A stretch of DNA of 64,000 nucleotides from contig OZ024748.1 of the NCBI GenBank assembly GCA_964016885.1, forward strand, positions 24,366,001-24,430,000. The letters run 5' to 3'. A program made the position numbers and the translations under genes. Below the pieces are notes generated by a model. The model saw nothing but the letters and a program-made list of their open reading frames with translations. It made no database searches and was not told where the DNA came from. This DNA comes from Eledone cirrhosa (Eukaryota). Shown in pieces: positions 53,501-64,000 of this stretch. Numbering within the stretch: the first letter of the stretch is position 1; each line of letters starts with the position of its first letter.

Positions 53501-56500
53501 ATTGACTTGATCCTTGTTGCCAGTCAACTATCTACAATACTTGACTTGATCCTTGTTGCCAGTCAACTATCTACAATACTTGACTTGATCCTTCTTGCCA
53601 GTCAACCATCTACAATAATTGACTTGATCCTTGTTGTTAGTCAACTATCTACAATACTTAAATTTATCCTTGTTGTCAGTCAACTATCTACAATACTTGA
53701 CTTGATCCTTGTTGCCAGTCAACTATCTACAATAATTGACTTGATCCTTGTTGCCAGTCAACTATCTACAATACTTGACTTGATCCTTGTTGCGAGTCAA
53801 CTATCAACAATACTTGACTTGATCCTTGTTTTCAGTCAACTATCTACAATAATTGACTTGATCCTTGTTGTCAGTCAACTATCTACAATACTTAACTTTA
53901 TCCTTGTTGTCAGTCAACTATCTACAATACATGACTTGATCCTTGTTGCCAGTCAACTATCTACAATAATTGACTTGATTCTTGTTGCCAGTCAACTATC
54001 TACAATACTTAACTTTATCCTTGTTGTCAGTCAACTATCTACAATACATGACTTGATCCTTGTTGCCAGTCAACTATCTACAATAATTGACTTGATTCTT
54101 GTTGCCAGTCAACTATCTACAATACTTGACTTGATCCTTGTTGCCAGGCAACTATCTACAATACTTGACTTGATCGTTGTTTTCAGTCAACTATCTACAA
54201 TAATTGACTTGATCCTTGTTGTCAATCAACTATCTACAATACTAAACTTTATCCTTGTTGCCAGTCAACTATCTACAATAATTGACTTGATCCTTGTTGC
54301 CAGTCAACTATCTACAATACTTGACTTTATCCTTGTTGCCAGTCAACTATCTACAATACTTGACTTTTCCTTGTTGTCAGTCAACTATCTACAATACTTG
54401 ACTTTTCCTTGTTGTCAGTAAACTATCTACAATAATTGACTTGATCCTTGTTGTCAGTCAACTATCTACAATAATTGACTTGATCCTTGTTTTCAGTCAA
54501 CTATCTACAATACTTGACTTGATCCTTGTTTTCAGTCAACTATCTACAATAATTGACTTGATCCTTGTTGTCAGTCAACTATCTACAATACTTGACTTGA
54601 TCCTTCTTGTCAGTCAACTATCTACAATACTTGACTTGATACTGGTTGCCAGTCAACTATCTACAATACTTGACTTGATCCTTGTTGTCAGTCAACTATC
54701 TACAATACTTGACTTGATGCTGGTTGTCAGTCAACTATCTACAATACTTGACTTGATCCTTGTTGTCAGTCAACTATCTACAATACTTGACTTTATCCTT
54801 GTTGCCAGTCAACTATCTACAATACTTGACTTGATCCTTGTTGTCAGTCAACTATCTACAATACTTGTCTTGATCCTGGTTGTCAGTCAACTATCTACAA
54901 TACTTGACTTGATCCTTGTTTTCAGTCAACTATCTACAATAATTGACTTGATCCTTGTTGCCAGTCAACTATCTACAATACTTGACTTGATCCTTGTTGC
55001 CAGTCAACTATCTACAATACTTGACTTGATCCTTGTTTTCAGTCAACCATCTACAATAATTGACTTGATCCTTGTTGTTAGTCAACTATCTACGATACTT
55101 AACTTTATCCTTGTTGTCAGTCAACTATCTACAATACTTGACTTGATCCTTGTTGCCAGTCAACTATCTACAATAATTGACTTGATCCTTGTTGCCAGTC
55201 AACTATCTGCAATACTTGACTTGATCCTTGTAGCCAGTCAACTATCAACAATACTTGACTTGATCCTTGTTTTCAGTCAACTATCTACAATAATTGACTT
55301 GATCCTTGTTGTCAGTCAACTATCTACAATACTTAACTTTATCCTTGTTGTCAGTCAACTATCTACAATACATGACTTGATCCTTGTTGTCAGTCAACTA
55401 TCTACAATACTTGACTTGATCCTTGTTGTCAGTCAACTATCTACAATACTTGACTTGATCCTTGTTTTCAGTCAACCATCTACAATAATTGACTTGATCC
55501 TTGTTGTCAGTCAACTATCTACAATAATTGACTTGATCCTTGTTGTCAGTCAACTATCTACAATACTTAACTTTATCGTTGTTGTCAGTCAACTATCTAC
55601 AATACTTGACTTGATCCTTGTTGCCAGTCAACTATCTACAATAATTGACTTGATCCTTGTTGCCAGTCAACTATCTACAATACTTGACTTGATCCTTGTT
55701 GCCTGTCAACTATCTACAATACTTGACTTGATCCTTGTTTTCAGTCAACTATCTACAATAATTGACTTGATCCTTGTTGTCAGTCAACTATCTACAATAC
55801 TTAACTTTATCCTTGTTGTCAGTCAACTATCTACAATACTTGACTTGATCCTTGTTGCCAGTCAACTATCTACAATACTTGACTTTTCCTTGTTGTCAGT
55901 CAACTATCTACAATAATTGACTTGATCCTTGTTTTCAGTCAACTATCTACAATACTTGACTTGATCCTTGTTTTCAGTCAACTATCTACAATAATTGACT
56001 TGATCCTTGTTGTCAGTCAACTATCTACAATACTTGACTTGATCCTTGTTGTCAGTCAACTATCTACAATACTTGACTTGATCCTGGTTGCCAGTCAACT
56101 ATCTACAATACTTGACTTGATCCTTGTTGTCAGTCAACTATCTACAATACTTGACTTGATCCTGGTTACCAGTCAACTATCTACAATATTTTACTAGATC
56201 CTTGTTGTCAGTCAACTATCTACATTACTTGACTTTATCCTTGTTGCCAGTCAACTATCTACAATACTTGACTTGATCCTTGTTGTCAGTCAACTATCTA
56301 CAATACTTGACTTGATCCTGGTTGCCAGTCAACTATCTACAATACTTGACTTGATCCTTGTTGTCAGTCAACTATCTACAATACTTGACTTGATGCTGGT
56401 TGTCAGTCAACTATCTACAATAATTGACTTGATCCTTGTTGTCAGTCAACTATCTACAATACTTGACTTTATCCTTGTTGCCAGTCAACTATCTACAATA

Positions 56501-59500
56501 CTTGACTTGATCCTTGTTGTCAGTCAACTATCTACAATACTTGACTTGATCCTGGTTGCCAGTCAACTATCTACAATACTTGACTTGATCCTTGTTGTCA
56601 GTCAACTATCTACAATACTTGACTTGATCCTGGTTGTCAGTCAACTATCTACAATACTTGACTTGATCCTTGTTTTCAGTCAACTATCTACAATAATTGA
56701 CTTGGTCTTGTTGCCAGTCAACTATCTACAATACTTGACTTGATCCTTGTTGCCAGTCAACTATCTACAATACTTGACTTGATCCTTGTTTTCAGTCAAC
56801 CATCTACAATAATTGACTTGATCCTTATTGTTAGTCAACTATCTACAATACTTAACTTTATCCTTGTTGTCAGTCAACTATCTACAATACTTGACTTGAT
56901 CCTTGTTGTCAGTCAACTATCTACAATACTTGACTTGATCCTGGTTGCCAGTCAACTATCTACAATACTTGACTTGATCCTTGTTGTCAGTCAACTATCT
57001 ACAATACTTGACTTGATCCTGGTTGCCAGTCAACTATCTACAATAATTGACTTGATCATTGTTGCCAGTCAACTATCTACAATACTTGACTTGATCCTTG
57101 TTGCCAGTCAACTATCAACAATACTTGACTTGATCCTTGTTTTCAGTCAACTATCTACAATAATTGACTTGATCCTTGTTGTCAGTCAACTATCTACAAT
57201 ACTTAACTTTATCCTTGTTGTCAGTCAACTATCTACAATACATGACTTGATCCTTGTTGTCAGTCAACTATCTACAATACTTGACTTGATCCTTGTTGTC
57301 AGTCAACTATCTACAATACTTGACTTGATCCTTGTTTTCAGTCAACCATCTACAATAATTGACTTGATCCTTGTTGCCAGTCAACTATCTACAATAATTG
57401 ACTTGATCCTTGTTGCCAGTCAACTATCTACAATACTTGACTTGATCCTTGTTGCCTGTCAACTATCTACAATACTTGACTTGATCCTTGTTTTCAGTCA
57501 ACTATCTACAATAATTGACTTGATCCTTGTTGTCAGTCAACTATCTACAATACTTAACTTTATCCTTGTTGTCAGTCAACTATCTACAATACTTGACTTG
57601 ATCCTTGTTGCCAGTCAACTATCTACAATACTTGACTTTTCCTTGTTGTCAGTCAACTATCTACAATAATTGACTTGATCCTTGTTTTCAGTCAACTATC
57701 TACAATACTTGACTTGATCCTTGTTTTCAGTCAACTATCTACAATAATTGACTTGATCCTTGTTGTCAGTCAACTATCTACAATACTTGACTTGATCCTT
57801 GTTGTCAGTCAACTATCTACAATACTTGACTTGATCCTGGTTGCCAGTCAACTATCTACAATACTTGACTTGATCCTTGTTGTCAGTCAACTATCTACAA
57901 TACTTGACTTGATCCTGGTTACCAGTCAACTATCTACAATATTTTACTAGATCCTTGTTGTCAGTCAACTATCTACATTACTTGACTTTATCCTTGTTGC
58001 CAGTCAACTATCTACAATACTTGACTTGATCCTTGTTGTCAGTCAACTATCTACAATACTTGACTTGATCCTGGTTGCCAGTCAACTATCTACAATACTT
58101 GACTTGATCCTTGTTGTCAGTCAACTATCTACAATACTTGACTTGATGCTGGTTGTCAGTCAACTATCTACAATACTTGACTTGATCCTTGTTGTCAGTC
58201 AACTATCTACAATACTTGACTTTATCCTTGTTGCCAGTCAACTATCTACAATACTTGACTTGATCCTTGTTGTCAGTCAACTATCTACAATACTTGACTT
58301 GATCCTTGTTGTCAGTCAACTATCTACAATACTTGACTTGATCCTGGTTGCCAGTCAACTATCTACAATACTTGACTTGATCCTTGTTGTCAGTCAACTA
58401 TCTACAATACTTGACTTGATCCTGGTTACCAGTCAACTATCTACAATATTTTACTAGATCCTTGTTGTCAGTCAACTATCTACATTACTTGACTTTATCC
58501 TTGTTGCCAGTCAACTATCTACAATACTTGACTTGATCCTTGTTGTCAGTCAACTATCTACAATACTTGACTTGATCCTGGTTGCCAGTCAACTATCTAC
58601 AATACTTGACTTGATCCTTGTTGTCAGTCAACTATCTACAATACTTGACTTGATGCTGGTTGTCAGTCAACTATCTACAATACTTGACTTGATCCTTGTT
58701 GTCAGTCAACTATCTACAATACTTGACTTTATCCTTGTTGCCAGTCAACTATCTACAATACTTGACTTGATCCTTGTTGTCAGTCAACTATCTACAATAC
58801 TTGACTTGATCCTGGTTGCCAGTCAACTATCTACAATACTTGACTTGATCCTTGTTGTCAGTCAACTATCTACAATACTTGACTTGATCCTGGTTGTCAG
58901 TCAACTATCTACAATACTTGACTTGATCCTTGTTTTCAGTCAACTATCTACAATAATTGACTTGGTCTTGTTGCCAGTCAACTATCTACAATACTTGACT
59001 TGATCCTTGTTGCCAGTCAACTATCTACAATACTTGACTTGATCCTTGTTTTCAGTCAACCATCTACAATAATTGACTTGATCCTTATTGTTAGTCAACT
59101 ATCTACAATACTTAACTTTATCCTTGTTGTCAGTCAACTATCTACAATACTTGACTTGATCCTTGTTGTCAGTCAACTATCTACAATACTTGACTTGATC
59201 CTGGTTGCCAGTCAACTATCTACAATACTTGACTTGATCCTTGTTGTCAGTCAACTATCTACAATACTTGACTTGATCCTGGTTGCCAGTCAACTATCTA
59301 CAATAATTGACTTGATCATTGTTGCCAGTCAACTATCTACAATACTTGACTTGATCCTTGTTGCCAGTCAACTATCAACAATACTTGACTTGATCCTTGT
59401 TTTCAGTCAACTATCTACAATAATTGACTTGATCCTTGTTGTCAGTCAACTATCTACAATACTTAACTTTATCCTTGTTGTCAGTCAACTATCTACAATA

Positions 59501-62500
59501 CATGACTTGATCCTTGTTGTCAGTCAACTATCTACAATACTTGACTTGATCCTTGTTGTCAGTCAACTATCTACAATACTTGACTTGATCCTTGTTTTCA
59601 GTCAACCATCTACAATAATTGACTTGATCCTTGTTGCCAGTCAACTATCTACAATAATTGACTTGATCCTTGTTGCCAGTCAACTATCTACAATACTTGA
59701 CTTTATCCTTGTTGCCTGTCAACTATCTACAATACTTGACTTGATCCTTGTTTTCAGTCAACTATCTACAATAATTGACTTGATCCTTGTTGCCAGTCAA
59801 CTATCTACAATACTTGACTTGATCCTTGTTTTCAGTCAACCATCTACAATAATTGACTTGATCCTTGTTGTTAGTCAACTATCTACGATACTTAACTTTA
59901 TCCTTGTTGTCAGTCAACTATCTACAATACTTGACTTGATCCTTGTTGCCAGTCAACTATCTACAATAATTGACTTGATCCTTGTTGCCAGTCAACTATC
60001 TACAATACTTGACTTGATCCTTGTTGTCAGTCAACTATCTACAATACTTGACTTGATCCTTGTTGCCAGTCAACTATCTACAATACTTGACTTGATCCTT
60101 GTTGTCAGTCAACTATCTACAATACTTGACTTGATCCTTGTTGTCAGTCAACTATCTACAATACTTGACTTGATCCTTGTTGTCAGTCAACTATCTACAA
60201 TACTTGACTTGATCCTTGTTGCCAGTCAACTATTTACAATACTTGACTTTATCCTTGTTGCCAGTCAACTATCTACAATACTTGACTTTTCCTTGTTGTC
60301 AGTCAACTATCTACAATAATTGACTTGATCCTTGTTTTCAGTCAACTATCTACAATACTTGACTTGATCCTTGTTTTCAGTCAACTATCTACAATAATTG
60401 ACTTGATCCTTGTCAGTCAACTAACTACAATACTTGACTTGATCCTTGTTGTCAGTCAACTATCTACAATACTTGACTTGATCCTGGTTGCCAGTCAACT
60501 ATCTACAATACTTGACTTGATCCTTGTTGTCAGTCAACTATCTACAATACTTGACTTGATCCTGGTTGCCAGTCAACTATCTACAATATTTTACTTGATC
60601 CTTGTTGTCAGTCAACTATCTACATTACTTGACTTTATCCTTGTTGCCAGTCAACTATCTACAATACTTGACTTGATCCTTGTTGTCAGTCAACTATCTA
60701 CAATACTTGACTTGATCCTGGTTGCCAGTCAACTATCTACAATACTTGACTTGATCCTTGTTGTCAGTCAACTATCTACAATACTTGACTTGATCCTTGT
60801 TGTCAGTCAACTATCTACAATACTTGACTTGATCCTTGTTGTCAGTCAACTATCTACAATACTTGACTTTATCATTGTTGCCAGTCAACTATCTACAATA
60901 CTTGACTTGATCCTTGTTGTCAGTCAACTATCTACAATACTTGACTTGATCCTGGTTGCCAGTCAACTATCTACAATACTTGACTTGATCCTGGTTGTCA
61001 GTCAACTATCTACAATACTTGACTTGATCCTTGTTTTCAGTCAACTATCTACAATAATTGACTTGATCCTTGTTGCCAGTCAACTATCTACAATACTTGA
61101 CTTGATCCTTGTTGCCAGTCAACTATCTACAATACTTGACTTGATCCTTCTTGCCAGTCAACCATCTACAATAATTGACTTGATCCTTGTTGTTAGTCAA
61201 CTATCTACAATACTTAACTTTATCCTTGTTGTCAGTCAACTATCTACAATACTTGACTTGATCCTTGTTGCCAGTCAACTATCTACAATAATTGACTTGA
61301 TCCTTGTTGCCAGTCAACTATCTACAATATTTTACTTGATCCTTGTTGTCAGTCAACTATCTACATTACTTGACTTTATCCTTGTTGCCAGTCAACTATC
61401 TACAATACTTGACTTGATCCTTGTTGTCAGTCAACTATCTACAATACTTGACTTGATCCTGGTTGCCAGTCAACTATCTACAATACTTGACTTGATCCTT
61501 GTTGTCAGTCAACTATCTACAATACTTGACTTGATGCTGGTTGTCAGTCAACTATCTACAATACTTGACTTGATCCTTGTTGTCAGTCAACTATCTACAA
61601 TACTTGACTTGATCCTGGTTGCCAGTCAACTATCTACAATACTTGACTTGATCCTGGTTGTCAGTCAACTATCTACAATACTTGACTTGATCCTTGTTTT
61701 CAGTCAACTATCTACAATAATTGACTTGATCCTTGTTGCCAGTCAACTATCTACAATACTTGACTTGATCCTTGTTGCCAGTCAACTATCTACAATACTT
61801 GACTTGATCCTTCTTGCCAGTCAACCATCTACAATAATTGACTTGATCCTTGTTGTTAGTCAACTATCTACAATACTTAAATTTATCCTTGTTGTCAGTC
61901 AACTATCTACAATACTTGACTTGATCCTTGTTGCCAGTCAACTATCTACAATAATTGACTTGATCCTTGTTGCCAGTCAACTATCTACAATACTTGACTT
62001 GATCCTTGTTGCCAGTCAACTATCAACAATACTTGACTTGATCCTTGTTTTCAGTCAACTATCTACAATAATTGACTTGATCCTGGTTGTCAGTCAACTA
62101 TCTACAATACTTAACTTTATCCTTGTTGTCAGTCAACTATCTACAATACATGACTTGATCCTTGTTGCCAGTCAACTATCTACAATAATTGACTTGATTC
62201 TTGTTGCCAGTCAACTATCTACAATACTTGACTTGATCCTTGTTGCCAGTCAACTATCTACAATACTTGACTTGATCCTTGTTTTCAGTCAACTATCTAC
62301 AATAATTGACTTGATCCTTGTTGTCAGTCAACTATCTACAATACTAAACTTTATCCTTGTTGCCAGTCAACTATCTACAATAATTGACTTGATCCTTGTT
62401 GCCAGTCAACTATCTACAATACTTGACTTTATCCTTGTTGCCAGTCAACTATCTACAATACTTGACTTTTCCTTGTTGTCAGTCAACTATCTACAATACT

Positions 62501-64000
62501 TGACTTTTCCTTGTTGTCAGTCAACTATCTACAATAATTGACTTGATCCTTGTTGTCAGTCAACTATCTACAATAATTGACTTGATCCTTGTTTTCAGTC
62601 AACTATCTACAATACTTGACTTGATCCTTGTTTTCAGTCAACTATCTACAATAATTGACTTGATCCTTGTTGTCAGTCAACTATCTACAATACTTGACTT
62701 GATCCTTCTTGTCAGTCAACTATCTACAATACTTGACTTGATCCTGGTTGCCAGTCAACTATCTACAATACTTGACTTGATCCTTGTTGTCAGTCAACTA
62801 TCTACAATACTTGACTTGATGCTGGTTGTCAGTCAACTATCTACAATACTTGACTTGATCCTTGTTGTCAGTCAACTATCTACAATACTTGACTTTATCC
62901 TTGTTGCAAGTCATCTATCTACAATACTTGACTTGATCCTTGTTGTCAGTCAACTATCTACAATACTTGACTTGATCCTGGTTGCCAGTCAACTATCTAC
63001 AATACTTGACTTGATCCTTGTTGTCAGTCAACTATCTACAATACTTGACTTGATCCTGGTTGTCAGTCAACTATCTACAATACTTGACTTGATCCTTGTC
63101 TTCAGTCAACTATCTACAATAATTGACTTGATCCTTGTTGCCAGTCAACTATCTACAATACTTGACTTGATCCTTGTTGCCAGTCAACTATCTACAATAC
63201 TTGACTTGATCCTTGTTTTCAGTCAACCATCTACAATAATTGACTTGATCCTTGTTGTTAGTCAACTATCTACGATACTTAACTTTATCCTTGTTGTCAG
63301 TCAACTATCTACAATACTTGACTTGATCCTTGTTGCCAGTCAACTATCTACAATAATTGACTTGATCCTTGTTGCCAGTCAACTATCTGCAATACTTGAC
63401 TTGATCCTTGTTGCCAGTCAACTATCAACAATACTTGACTTGATCCTTGTTTTCAGTCAACTATCTACAATAATTGACTTGATCCTTGTTGTCAGTCAAC
63501 TATCTACAATACTTAACTTTATCCTTGTTGTCAGTCAACTATCTACAATACATGACTTGATCCTTGTTGTCAGTCAACTATCTACAATACTTGACTTGAT
63601 CCTTGTTGTCAGTCAACTATCTACAATACTTGACTTGATCCTTGTTTTCAGTCAACCATCTACAATAATTGACTTGATCCTTGTTGTCAGTCAACTATCT
63701 ACAATAATTGACTTGATCCTTGTTGTCAGTCAACTATCTACAATACTTAACTTTATCGTTGTTGCTAGTCAACTATCTACAATACTTGACTTGATCCTTG
63801 TTGCCAGTCAACTATCTACAATAATTGACTTGATCCTTGTTGCCAGTCAACTATCTACAATACTTGACTTGATCCTTGTTGCCTGTCAACTATCTACAAT
63901 ACTTGACTTGATCCTTGTTTTCAGTCAACTATCTACAATAATTGACTTGATCCTTGTTGTCAGTCAACTATCTACAATACTTAACTTTATCCTTGTTGTC
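50546..64000. repeat. 39-bp satellite array, >13.4 kb (about 345 units), running off the right edge
   Basis: Consensus cttgatccttgttg(t/c)cagtcaactatctacaatacttga. Variant markers define higher-order blocks. Confidence 0.98.

Noticed and set aside
50509-62541. Long hydrophobic ORFs (up to 738 aa) of LILVVSQLSTILD repeats
   Set aside because: They are a by-product of a 39-bp satellite with one stop-free frame. There are recurrent 1-bp frameshifts, no true ATG start and no unique domains.
50546-64000. CRISPR-like array, or a minus-strand selenoprotein repeat (SSIVDS-TGA-LTTRIK)
   Set aside because: There are no unique spacers or cas genes and the context is eukaryotic. A TGA in every unit is expected by chance, the frame is broken by indels, and no SECIS was seen.

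Overview
This is repeat-saturated, AT-rich eukaryotic DNA. The SINE families and the dense (TA)n/(CA)n/(GA)n microsatellites suggest an octopus or other cephalopod, which is an inference. No host protein-coding gene can be supported. The window holds an apparently intact Tx1/L1-clade LINE (ORF1 with a CCHC knuckle; ORF2 with APE endonuclease, RT and zinc finger running off the left edge) plus two decayed relatives. It also holds a 5'-truncated Penelope-like element (GIY-YIG, hammerhead ribozyme in its 3' end), RTE-type LINE fragments, a Helitron 3' end, a TTAA (piggyBac-type) MITE, a Tigger-like end and many tRNA-derived SINEs. Tandem repeats include a 45-bp minisatellite, a 615-bp x3.15 array and a >13-kb 39-bp satellite with higher-order structure. 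The most striking signal is a set of about ten short, sequence-diverse, non-coding elements in (TA)n tracts that carry type-I hammerhead ribozyme motifs. Most are fold-back palindromes whose turn-around point lies in or next to the ribozyme helices, which suggests snap-back self-priming at the ribozyme during retrotransposition. All motifs and coordinates were read by eye, so boundaries are approximate.
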